From contig NC_092353.1 in assembly GCF_963676685.1 (NCBI RefSeq), positions 35,154,001-35,218,000 of the forward strand: 64,000 bases of DNA. The letters run 5' to 3'. Position 1 is the stretch's first letter; every line of letters starts with the position of its first letter. The notes under the pieces are model-generated. The model saw only the letters and a program-made list of their open reading frames with translations, did no database searches and had not been told where the DNA came from. Below, in pieces: positions 13,175 through 24,985 of the stretch. Origin of the DNA: Mytilus edulis. Lineage: Eukaryota. Both the position numbers and the translations under genes were made by a program.

Positions 13175-13477
13175 CAGCCCAGTAGTCAGCACTTCGGTGT
13201 TGACATGAATATCAATTATGTGACGTGAACATTTTTATAAATTTCCTGTTTACAAAACTTTAATTTTTCCGAAAAACTAAGGATGTTCTTATCTCAGGAA
13301 TAGATTACCTTAGCCGTATTTGGCACAACTTTTTGGAATTTGGGATCCTCAATGCTCTTCAACTTCGTACTTGTTAGGCTTGATAAATATTTTGATATGA
13401 GCGTCACTGATGAGTCTTGGGTAGACGAAACGCGCGTCTGGCGTATTAAATTATAACCCTGGTGCCTTTGATAACTA
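13175..13477 (+). mobile_element. Retrozyme-like non-autonomous retroelement (~300 bp)
   Basis: Reverse complement of the 5721-6040 repeat; ends in an intact hammerhead motif. Confidence 0.85.
13391..13450 (+). ncRNA. Type I hammerhead ribozyme, intact core
   Basis: Stem I gcguca(13401-06)/uggcgu(13439-44), extended by uuugaua/uauuaaa across a bulge. CUGAUGA 13407-13; stem II GUCU/AGAC; GAAA 13427-30; minimal palindromic stem III ACGCGCGU; GUC cleavage triplet ending at 13438. Confidence 0.9.
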
Positions 13478-15067
13478 ATTATACATTAGTTAAATGATTC
13501 TCAGCAGAATGATTGTGTTTGACAAAATGTATTCAAATAAATCATAAGGTATAACAGTAAAATCCATTTGATTTAAATAGCTTGTATTATGGAACAAGCA
13601 AATCATCTTTTACAATATCTCTGGTATCTAATGCATGAAATTGTTTTTAAGAGATTAATGCGTTATGCTTAGTTTGACTAATTGCTTTGTAGAAAAAAAT
13701 ATGAGACGAGCATAATACGTTTCTATCTTTGTTTGCGTATTTTTTTGTTTCTGTTGTTCCGTTGTCTTCCTCTTATAGTTGATGTGTTTCTTTCGGTTTA
13801 AGTTTGTAACCCGGATATGTTTTTCCTCAATCGAGGTATGAATTTTAAACAGCGATATACTACAATTGCCTTAACTTAAGTGAAAGTCAAATATTTTATT
13901 TCAATTGTTTATTGTTTATAGCATCAACCGCTATTTCCCTAAATAGCAACAAAAAGATGTCAATATTCCCTTAGCCAACCTACTGAACCAGCTTGAAAAA
14001 TAATTTGAAAATTAGTTCTTTTCAATATTATTGAAAAATATAAATACTTATTAAAGATCAAACAGCCATAGTTGATTTAAGGATAATTAAGTTATTATAA
14101 TCAACTAATCAATTCTCTTCATCCAATTTACTCTTGATTAATTTAGGAAAATTATTTAAAATTACACAATCATATTGAAATTGAACAATATATGACATTG
14201 ATCTTCCTACTCAATTACTAGTATACTTAAGGAAGTTGCCTTCTCTTGTTTTTTTTTGAATTTTTGCCAGATATTTGGAGTAGTGGACATCCTTAAAGTC
14301 CTTAAAGCTTAATCTTAAACAATATTTTTTGACGGTTTATGACAGTTTAATTTTCGCTCCCATATTTTGTTTTTGATTTCATTTTTACCAGTACGTAATC
14401 AAAAAATATGTTCAGAATACATGAATGAAACAGGAACTTCCTAAATGAAAAAAAAACTCATGTATAATTAAGTTATCTTATCTAATGAAGATTGTCGGAT
14501 GTTAACAAAACTTGTCTTTTTTTCTTTTTTAGCCATGGCGTTGTCAGTTTATTTTAGATCTATGAGTTTGACTGTCCATCAGGAATCGTTCACCCCTCTT
14601 CAAGGATGGATACACCCTTAAATGACGACTATTGAAACACAGACCAAAACCATCTCTTCATCTCTCCTTTTTCACTTAAAAAGCAGTATTCTAATTAGAA
14701 AGGATAATTAGTTTAACGTACCCAATCACATTAGTAAAATTGCTTATGGCACCACATAATCACTGAATCTTTATATTGACATCTATTATTGGAAATCAAT
14801 AAACAATTATTAAAATGTTAGAACATTTTAAACTTCTTTTGGGGTATATAACTGTCTTAAAATGTTTATTAAAAAGTAGTTTTCTTTCAAATATATTATA
14901 CATTTTACGGTATTTAAATTTTAACAAGCGATCAAACGACGTGATATTCGTAAAATTATATGTTTTAAAACATAGTTGAAACGCTTAATTTGTGTCTGTG
15001 TGTATCATTCTGTGCAATTCAACTTATATTTACCAGTAAATGTGGAACTCTTGGAAGAAAATAAGAA

Positions 15068-16234
15068 ATGAATCGTTTCATTTTCTGTGTCTTGATATTA
15101 CTCCCGTTTCCTTTGCCGAGTTTTGGACAAACTTTAGTTAATGTGACAAAACTATATGATGATCTTTTCAGTAGTTATAGGAAAAATATTATACCTGTGG
15201 ACAATCATTCAGAACCATTAGAAATTTCACTGGCTTTCTATTTACTATCTATCAATTCTTTTAGAGAGATCGAGGAAACGCTCGTTCTAACAGGAGGATT
15301 ATCAGTGGTATGGAAAGACACATCATTATCATGGAATCCTGAAGATTATGGAAATACATATTTATTGGAAGTGGATTCAACTGATATTTGGATACCGTGG
15401 ATCTATCTGATAAATAATGCAAAGAAATTTGAACCTATCGGTTTTGATTCTGCTTTTAGAGTATTTTTAAATAGCAGCGGATTTGTTCAGTATTCCCCGG
15501 GAAGTATTTTAGAAGCAAAATGCAAAACTGATATTTCAAAATTTCCTCTTGATACCCAACCATGCCTCTTAGAATTTATCATTTGGAATGGAGATGCTGG
15601 TACTTACAAATTAATATCGTCGTTTGATGAAGTAAATCTAGATTACTACACAAAAAACTCAAATTGGGAAGTGGTAACTGGAGACACCTATGCACAACTA
15701 CACCCAAGCTATTATTTTAGGTTTTTTATGAGTTTATCATTAAAACGCGAACCAGTGTACTATATAGTAATGATTGTTCTACCGACTGTTTTGTTGTGTT
15801 TGCTCAATCCACTAGTGTTTTTACTTCCGGTAGAATCAGGAGAGCGTATATCCTTAGCAATGACAGTACTTTTGTCGTACGCCATATTTTTAACGCTTGT
15901 TTCAGCATCAATCCCAGCATCCTCTAATCCAATGTGTTTCCTGTTGATTGTTATGATAATTATCATGTTGATGAGTGGATTAACGGTAGTGGCTGTCATT
16001 ATAACAACCAAGCTATACTACGAAGAAGAATATTTCCCTGGAAGGATTATGAAATTTTTCCTGAACAGAAAGACAAAGAATCGGGACGTTACTCCTATGG
16101 GCTGTGAGAAAAAAGAGAAACAACTCTATAATGGAAAAAATGCATCTAATTTTCTCGACAAATTGTTTTTATTTTCCTCATATGCAATTATTGTAATAAT
16201 TCTTGTGGCTTTCTTTCTGTATGTAAATACGTGA
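15068..16234 (+). CDS. Atypical nAChR-like Cys-loop subunit (non-alpha), copy 2
   Basis: 388-aa ORF with Cys-loop CKTDISKFPLDTQPC, GER at the M2 entry and 4 TM segments. No vicinal Cys; intronless CDS. Confidence 0.95.
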   Translation: MNRFIFCVLILLPFPLPSFGQTLVNVTKLYDDLFSSYRKNIIPVDNHSEPLEISLAFYLLSINSFREIEETLVLTGGLSVVWKDTSLSWNPEDYGNTYLLEVDSTDIWIPWIYLINNAKKFEPIGFDSAFRVFLNSSGFVQYSPGSILEAKCKTDISKFPLDTQPCLLEFIIWNGDAGTYKLISSFDEVNLDYYTKNSNWEVVTGDTYAQLHPSYYFRFFMSLSLKREPVYYIVMIVLPTVLLCLLNPLVFLLPVESGERISLAMTVLLSYAIFLTLVSASIPASSNPMCFLLIVMIIIMLMSGLTVVAVIITTKLYYEEEYFPGRIMKFFLNRKTKNRDVTPMGCEKKEKQLYNGKNASNFLDKLFLFSSYAIIVIILVAFFLYVNT

Positions 16235-16249
16235 ACACTTATTAAGACT

Positions 16250-16530
16250 TAATCCAATGTGTTTCTTGTTGATTGGTATGATAACTATCATGTTGATCAG
16301 TGGATTTACGGTAGTGGCTGTCATTATAACAACCAAGTTATACTACAAGGACGACTATTTTCCTGGAAGTATTATGAAATTTTTCCTGTACAGAAAAACA
16401 AGGAATCAGGTCGTTACTCCTATGGATTGTGAGAAAAAAGAAAAACATCTCTTCATGTATCTAATTTTCTCGACAAATTGTTATTATTGTAATAATTATT
16501 GTGACGCTCATTCTATATGTAAATACATAA
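16250..16530 (+). pseudogene. 3' fragment (M3 to C-terminus) of an nAChR-like gene, frameshifted
   Basis: Begins ~15 nt after the copy-2 stop with taatccaatgtgtttc (NPMCF). It has two deletions relative to intact copies (near 16450 and 16480). The homologous stop is at 16528-16530. Confidence 0.9.
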
Positions 16531-17272
16531 ACACTTTTAAAGACTCGATAAATAAACATTTAAAAAATCATCTGCTAATATAGACGGTATATATATAAAG
16601 AAAACAGTAATATTATAAAAAAACATAACTCCGAGTTGAAATTCCTAAAGGAAAGGTTCTCATCAAATCAAAAGCTCAAACACATCAAACAAATCGATAA
16701 CAACTGCCATATTTCTGACTTGGTACAGGCATTTTCCTATGAAGAAAATGGTTGTTTAAACCTGGGTTTATAGCAAGCTAGATCTCTCACTTGTAGGACA
16801 GTCACATCAAATTCCATTATATTGACAACGATGTTAATAGTCACTGACGACTGTATGTTGACCTGGAGATGTCTTTTGGTTCCATAACCATCATCCTTTC
16901 ACTTCTAAAATAGACCCAAAAAAAAAGTGATTTGAAGCTTCTACGTAAAGAAAACGAGACATGAAATTCAAACTGTATAGTGAGACATTTAACTGCCATT
17001 AAAATAATAAAATGAATTGATCCTTTCTGATATCTTTAATCAATTTTATAGTACCAAAAAACAAATAATTGTCGTCGCAATCAATGTAAAAAGTACATAA
17101 AAAACGTTGACTTAAAGAAAAAAAGAAGAAAAGGTGAACTTGACATATTTACTAAATGGAATTTCAAAATATAAAATTTTATGTACTGGTAATTATAAAT
17201 GAGGGACATTTGTTCCGGGACTTATGTTTAGATTTTTTTGGGTCCTGGACCCAACGTAATAAATACTTAAAT

Positions 17273-17649
17273 CGTTCTTATGGTGTACTGTTATACCACT
17301 GTCCCAGGTTAGGGGGAGGGTTGGGATCCCGTTAACATGTTTAACCCAGCAACATTATTTATGTATGTGCCTGTCCCAAGTTAGGAGCCTGTAATTCAGT
17401 GGTTGTCGTTTGTTCATGTGTTACATATTTGTTTTTCGTTCATTTTTTTTTACATAAATAAGGTCGTTAGTTTTCTCGTTTGAATTGTTTTACATTGTCT
17501 TATCGGGGCCTTTTATAGCTGACTATGCGGTATGGGCTTGCTCATTATTGAAGGCCGTACGGTGACCTATAGTTGTTAATGTCTGTTTTATTTTGGTCTT
17601 TTGTGGATAGTTGTCTAATTGGCAATCATACCACTTCTTCTTTTTTATA
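17273..17649 (-). repeat. Dispersed repeat family C (aagaagatgtggtatgattgccaatgagac...), inserted in a duplicated flank
   Basis: Flanked by ttaaat (17267-72 and 17650-55) and absent at the homologous position downstream of copy 3. Related copies at ~1880-2200, 8530-8790, 29570-29700, 33910-34090, 50890-50985 and 54130-54190. Confidence 0.75.
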
Positions 17650-17683
17650 TTAAATGATTATTGGTTGGAGTTGTTGATAAAAA

Positions 17684-19425
17684 AGGCAACAGTAGTATAC
17701 CGCTGTTCAAAACTCATAAATCTATGGACAAAAAACAAATTGGGGTAACAAACTAAAACTGAGGGAAACGCATTAAATTTTAGAGGAGAACAACGACACA
17801 ACATTAAAATGTAACACACACAGCAACAGAATAAGCATTAGACAAAATCCGATGAGAATAACCAATATAACATCAAAACCAAATACATGAATTTGGGATA
17901 GAAAAGTACCGTGACACGTCTTAAATTAAAGTAATTTGAATTCACACTCAAAAATAGGAGAAAACAAACGACACAACGGAAACACAACGTAAAAATGTTA
18001 CACACACAGAAACGAACTATGATATAAAAATGGCCATTTTCCTGACTTGGTACAGGACATTTTTAAAGAAAAAAAAATGGTGGGTTGAAACTATAGAACA
18101 ATTTATGCTATTGCAAACAGTAAATTTTATCAAATGAATATAAAAGATTTACATGATAAAACTGACGTCTTAATTAATTACAGAAAACAAACCCCGAATA
18201 CATAATACATTGAAGACCAACACAGAAAATAGACACACCCGACATACGAGGTGGTGAAATGGCACAATATTACTCCATGCAGACATGTGAATTTCTGAAA
18301 CAGCACAAATATGACGTCATATTTGAAAAATTATGTCTAAAAAATAAGATAGAAATAGGATTGATTTAAGATTATAATAGAACTAAATACTGATATTACA
18401 TTTAAACACAATGCACATTGCAACACTAATCAATAGCAATATATATATATTATATATGTCTGGTTTGTTTTGAATCTAACTTCAAACATAAAAATCGTAC
18501 AGATTACGTTGAACAAAATCAAAACTAGTAAATGAAAGAGGTGATTAATTTTCTTTACCATAACACATGAATTTAATAGAAAAGACGTCAACCAATTTGA
18601 CAAAAATGGATCAATTGATGAAAATTACAAATATAACATCAAACTAAATACATGAATTTGGGATAGATAAGTACCGTAACACGTCTTATAGTAATGCGAA
18701 TTCACACTCAGCAAAACAGTCACAATCGGGAATAAGTCACGTTCGGTAATTAAAAGATTAGACGACGTAATGACAAACCACAATCTACCATGTGGTAAAA
18801 ATGTCCTTAGCTAGTTTGGTCAAAGACACATCATATGGATCAATTAATTCGTGATGGTGTCCATAAAATTTTAATCTGTCCTTCTCATAACTTTGTTGAA
18901 GCAGTTTCTGTGTAAGGAGCACACTTCTGTATTTGAAGTCCGTATAGAGTGAACATGCACGAGAATAACGTATCAATTGTGATATGTAAACACCATACGA
19001 AGGGGCAGAGGGTATGTTACTGCTGAGAAATGGGAAATTGATAATTGGGAAGTTGAAATCGTCCCGTTTATCATAGATTTTCGTGTGAAGTCGTCTATCT
19101 GCGTCAATATTGAGGAAAAGATCAAGGTATGAAGTAGTCCTTCTATTATCAGTAGAATCCTTAATTTCAAGTTCGCTGGGATATATGAGATATAAGTATT
19201 GGCTGAAATATGGGTTATTCAATGATAGAACATTATCAATATATCGGAAACTAAAATTAAAGAATTTTGCAAGGTGCTTTTTCTTTTTGTCTTTTAGAAG
19301 GTTCTGAATGAATTCTGCTTCATACGAGTACAAAAACAAATCGGCCAGTAGGGGTGCACAATTAGTACCCATTGGAATACCGACTCTCTGTTGAAATATA
19401 AATCCTCCAAACTCAACAAATATAC
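17684..19425 (-). mobile_element. 5'-truncated Penelope-like retroelement (Naiad-type) with RT C-terminal half at 18785-19425
   Basis: FQQRVGIPMGTNCAPLLADLFL...FRYIDN...SYLDL...YDKRDDFNFPIINFPFLSSNIP...ISQLIRYSRAC. The ORF stops after the thumb with no C-terminal GIY-YIG. Catalytic YIDD is mutated to YIDN. The terminal segment recurs at ~12115-12195 and 13730-13875. Confidence 0.85.
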
Positions 19426-21928
19426 CTGATAAACAATATCACATTGTGGTGAATTAGACTTATCACCGAATTTATTCTTGAATGATCAACACAATGGGAG
19501 TAATATCTGCTACATCTTCCGAAGCACTCGATATCACCCCCGTTTTTTTAGTTTTAGTCAATTAGTTTTCTTTCTTGTGCTTAATGAATTGCCTTTTTGT
19601 CATTTTTTAACATTGCATTATCAATTTGGTTTTGATTTTTGAGTTTGGATCTTTCTCCTCTGTTTTACCTGATCAACAAAGAAAAATATTGTACTTAAAT
19701 ATGTTGCAAACTAAAGTTACATTCATCTTGTACCTTGGATGCATATAAAGTAATTTTATTTCATATTTATTATAAGGGATTTTTATAGAATATTGTAGAC
19801 TTTATCTACATTTAAGCCAAAAATTACTGTTAATCTTGTATCTAGTTATTAGTCTTTCTACATGTTCATGTACATATAGAAATTGCGTTACTGTAAACTG
19901 TCTTAGCTTTGATTAGCCTATTGAGAGGTGATTAAGTATCGTATTTTCAAATTTGCTTAATATGCAGTTATATAGAGAAAAATACAAGTTCGCGACCATT
20001 TATATTCACGTTGTTTTACTGCTCGCGAAAGTCGCGAAAGTAAATCCTTTTGGAACATTAGTTTTTTTTACAGTATATAGAATAACAAATGTTATATCCG
20101 GAGAAGACTTTAAAGGAGCTATATCAACAAAATACAAAATAAATAATTATGATCCATTAATGAAAGGTACTTGCAAGTGAACAAATCGACCTAGTTGAAT
20201 CCATATTCATGTAAACGTCACTTTAACCCCTTAGTAAGAGATGGATAACACATGAATCGTGCATGACTAGTTAGTAAAAGGAAATTAATGTCAACATTGG
20301 AAGTAAAAACTTCTGGTAAGATATTTGCTTCACAAAATTCATTGTTATACAGGTAATAACGAGGATTTTTTTTATATATCTTAAACCTATAATATGAAAT
20401 TAAACAGACCTAGAAAAATCAAATTGCACGAGTTCATTACCTATTTACATCTATTATTATGTTTACATCACTTATATAATCATCGGAAGTTTTCGAAGGT
20501 CAACTCGAAAGTAAATTAGATGGCGTCTAGACTTAAATACACACAAAACGATGAGACATATTATCGAGCACATGCCTTGTACCTTGCATATTTTATACTT
20601 TTTATTTTTTGAATAAATGTTTTAATATGTTATAATGCAATATGAGAATTCAACAGCTAGTGCTCTTTAATAATATATATTGAATGCAAGAATACATGAC
20701 CTATCTATTGTACAACTTATGTATGAAATTGAGAATGGAAATGGGAAATGTGTCAAAGAGAAAACAACCCGCATTTAGTAAAGAAGGCCACCAATGGGTC
20801 TTGATCAATTAAAGAGTATATCGAATGACAACTTGGACTGACGATTTTTTTTAAAGAACATAGAGTTCCATGTCAAAACAGAAATGCAATATCATGTCTG
20901 AAAGAAGAAAACAAATAAAATCTACAAACCACAACAGCGCAACATATGACTGAGGACATTCGTAGTTTTCCTTTGTTTGATATGCAAAAATATTGTATCA
21001 ATATAATCAACATTACTTATGTGACAGAAAAAAATTGAGTAATTAACAACATATGATATAGAATTTTATCTTATTCTTACATGGTCAAATTAAAAAAAAA
21101 TATATTTTCCCCATTTTTTGAATTGTTTATTGATGTCATGACTTTCAACATTGTAAAACTTCTAACTTATAAATTAACTTTATTTCCATTGTACTTTCCT
21201 TGATTTTCAATTTACAAGGATTATTTAGCAATTATGATGTTTTGGTGATTTCATGGGTAACAAATGATCTAATGAATAAACACTTGACAATATGTTTCCA
21301 ATGCTACAATTAAAAAAAAATATAAAGACATTTAAAGAGAGAACATAACATAAATCATGAATCAACTGGAACCAACATGAATTTGATAAAGACAGATACT
21401 TAAAAGAATTGGATTTAGCAACCAAGAACGACAATAACACCCGTATAGGGGTTACACCAATACATGACGACTATTGAAACATTGTACACAAAAGTTGAGT
21501 TAATCTCTCGTTTTCCATTAAAAAAGTAACATTCCTATAGAAATGCTAATTAACCTTTCGTGCCCAATCACACTGGTAGAATTGCAATTGGAATCCAATA
21601 ATAAATGAATCTTTATATGAGCACGTATTAATGAAAGCCAATCATCAATTATTACAATGCGAAAACATTTGAAGCTTCTTTCAGTATATAAACGTCATTA
21701 CGTATATAATTGTCTTAAGATATTTAAAAGGCAATGTTCCTTCAAACGAGATATGCATTTTACGGTATTTAAACTTTGAAAAGAGATTAAACAGTGTTAT
21801 ATACGTCAACAATATTATTTGTGAACCATATTTAAACGCTTAATTCATATCTGTGTGTATCAGTCTGTGTAATGCAACTTTTATTTACCATTAAATGTGT
21901 AACTGCTTGAACTTGACGAACATAAGAA

Positions 21929-23095
21929 ATGGCTCGTTTCATATTCTGCTTCATGGTATTACTCCAGTTTCTTTTGCCAAGTTTGGAACAAACCTTAGAA
22001 AATGTGACAAAACTATATGATAATCTTTTCAGTAGTTACAGGAGAAATATCAAACCTGTAAACAATCATTCAGAACCAATAGAAATATCACTGGCTTTCT
22101 ATTTATTATCTATCAATTCTTTTAGAGAGATCGAGGAAACACTCGTTCTAACAGGAGGATTATCAGTGGTATGGACAGACACATCGTTATCATGGAATCC
22201 TGAAGATTATGGAAATACATATTCATTGGAAGTGGATTCTACAGATGTATGGTTACCGTGGGTTTATCTGATAAATAATGCAAAAGAGTTTGAACCTGTT
22301 GGTTTTGATTCTGCTTTTAGAGTATTTATAAATAGCAGCGGATTAGTTCAGTATTCTCCGGGAAGTATTTTAGAAGCAAAATGTCAAACTGATATTTCAA
22401 AATTTCCTCTTGATACCCAACCATGCAAATTGGAATTTATTATTTGGAATGGACATGCTGGTACTTACAAAATAATATCGTCATTTGATGAAGTAAATCT
22501 AGATTACTACACAAAAAACTCAAATTGGGAAGTGGTAAATGGAGACACTTATGCTCAACTAGATCCAAGAGGTTATTATAGGTTTTTTATGAGTCTATCA
22601 TTAAAACGCGAACCAGTGTACTATATAGTAATGATTGTTCTACCGACTGTTCTGTTGTGTTTGCTCAATCCACTAGTGTTTTTACTTCCGGTAGAATCAG
22701 GAGAGCGTATATCCTTAGCGATGACAGTACTTTTATCGTACGCCATATTTTTAACGCTTGTTTCAGCATCAATCCCAGCATCCTCTAATCCAATGTGTTT
22801 CCTGTTGATTGTTATGATAATTATCATGTTGATGAGTGGATTAACGGTAGTGGCTGTCATTATAACAACCAAGCTATACTACGAAGAAGAATATTTCCCT
22901 GGAAGGATTATGAAATTTTTCCTGAACAGGAAGACAAAGAATCAGGACGTTACTCCTATGGGCTGTGAGAAAAAAGAGAAACAACTCTATAATGGAAAAA
23001 ATGCATCTAATTTTCTCGACAAGTTGTTTTTATTTTCCTCATATGCAATTATTGTAATAATTCTTGTGGCTTTCTTTCTGTATGTAAATACGTAA
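21929..23095 (+). CDS. Atypical nAChR-like Cys-loop subunit (non-alpha), copy 3
   Basis: 388-aa ORF with Cys-loop CQTDISKFPLDTQPC. The TM half is nearly identical to copy 2. Confidence 0.95.
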   Translation: MARFIFCFMVLLQFLLPSLEQTLENVTKLYDNLFSSYRRNIKPVNNHSEPIEISLAFYLLSINSFREIEETLVLTGGLSVVWTDTSLSWNPEDYGNTYSLEVDSTDVWLPWVYLINNAKEFEPVGFDSAFRVFINSSGLVQYSPGSILEAKCQTDISKFPLDTQPCKLEFIIWNGHAGTYKIISSFDEVNLDYYTKNSNWEVVNGDTYAQLDPRGYYRFFMSLSLKREPVYYIVMIVLPTVLLCLLNPLVFLLPVESGERISLAMTVLLSYAIFLTLVSASIPASSNPMCFLLIVMIIIMLMSGLTVVAVIITTKLYYEEEYFPGRIMKFFLNRKTKNQDVTPMGCEKKEKQLYNGKNASNFLDKLFLFSSYAIIVIILVAFFLYVNT

Positions 23096-24892
23096 ACACT
23101 TATCAAGACTCAATAAATTAACTTTTGAAAAAATAACCTGCTAACATAGACAAAATATATATAAAGAAAAAGTAATATAACAAAACTACTGAACTCCGAG
23201 GAAAATTAACAAAGGAAAGGTCCTAATGAAATGGCAAAATAAAACGCTTAAACACATCAAACAAATAGATAACAACTGCCATATTGCTGATGTGGTACAG
23301 GCATTTTCCTATGTAGAAAATGCTGGTTTGAACCTGGTTTTATAGCTAGCTAAACCTCTCATTTGAATTACAGTCACATCAAATTCCATTATATTGACAA
23401 CGATGTTAATAGTCACTGAAGACTGTATGTTGACCTGGAGATGTCTTTTGATTTCATACCCATCATCCTTTCACTTCTGGAATAGACCCCAAAAAAGTTA
23501 TATGAAGCTTCTACATAAAGAAAACGAGACATGAAATTCAAACTGTATGGTAAGACATTTAACTACCATGCAAATAATAAAATGAATTGATCTTTCCTAA
23601 TATCTTTAATCAATATTTAAGTTATTTACATTTACATGTAATTTGTTTTTTAGTATCATAGTACCCTAAAATAAATAATTTCCTTCGCAATCAATGTAAA
23701 AAGTAAATAAAAACATTGCCTAAACGAAAACGAAAGAAAATAAGAACTTGATGTTTTTACTAAAAGAAATTTTTAAATATTGAATTTTATTTACTCGCTA
23801 TTATAAATGGAGGGCATTTGTTTTTGGAATTTACGCTACGCTTTTGTTTTGTCCTGTACCCAATTTAATAAAAACTTATATGATTAATGGCTGGAGTCGA
23901 TGATATACAAGATAACTTTGTTGTGCTGTTGTTTTGTCTATGTAACGCCTACCTGGTTTTTATGTATACGTCTGCTTTTTAAAACTAATTGTAATAATTG
24001 TTGTGTGACATTTTACTTTAATAAAATGTATAAAGTTTTCTTATATCTTTTGATTTATACATATATATGTTTGTAGCCACACAATGTTAGATCTTTAAAC
24101 TTGCGTTAGAAATTTTTTGTTCAGCGAATTTATATATTTAATAACACACTTTTTTCATTCAACGTTTGAAAGTAATGTATTTTTGTTTTATTTGAGATAC
24201 TAGTATTTGTTTGTTTATACTCTTTTAATCGCAATGTTGATGTTTTTAATTAAAAAAATGTAACAAAAATACAGAACTCCAAGGTAAATCAAAATGGTGT
24301 TGTCAATACAAGTTACTATATTCAAACTTTATAAACCAACGAAATGAATGAAAAATGGCCGTTATATTTGGTAAAGGTATTTCCAAATTGGTTGGTCCAA
24401 CCTGGTTTTAAAGATATTTAATCCGCCATAAAGTATATGGTTAATATCCTGTTTATCTAGTCAGTATTGTGTGTATAAATTGGTTTGTACCTTCTAAAAT
24501 ATATAAATCTTATGAATCACGCAAAATATGAGCGAGACAAAAATCACTTACGGTTTAGAGACGGAATCACCGCCCCAAAAAAATTGCGATTTAGTTCGAA
24601 ATTTCGAAACCGTCTCACGACGCATTCAAGCAAAGTGGATATTATTAATGAGGATAGAGCTTGAGATCTAAAAGAGCTGGTTTCACCCGGCAAATATTAA
24701 TGATTTTAGAATTCAATCAGTGGTTGTCTTCAGTAAGTATTTTTCCTGTCATTAAAGAAGTTTCGTGTAATGATAAGACTGCCGTCTCTGTAAAATTCTG
24801 CTGACAAAAAAAAAATATAATTATGTTTTAGGGTCGTTTGGTTGCCATCACATTGACACATATTTATTTACCCATTTCGTGTGTAAATTGGT

Positions 24893-24985
24893 ATCAAAGG
24901 TACCAGGATAATTATTTCATACGACAGACGCGCGTTTTGTCTTTTAATAAGACTCATCAGTGACGCTAAGATCAAAATAGTTAAA
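24893..24985 (-). mobile_element. Truncated retrozyme-like repeat, hammerhead with G12->A
   Basis: The minus strand reads cguca-CUGAUGA-GUCUU...AAGAC-AAAA-CGCGCGUC; GAAA has become AAAA. Confidence 0.75.

Noticed and set aside
16257-16583. 108-aa ORF as an independent gene
   Set aside because: It is a frameshifted duplicate of the receptor tail with no promoter space or signal peptide; treated as a pseudogene fragment.
18785-19372. Active or domesticated reverse transcriptase gene
   Set aside because: It is 5'-truncated, the catalytic Asp is mutated to Asn (YIDN), and the thumb has an internal deletion.
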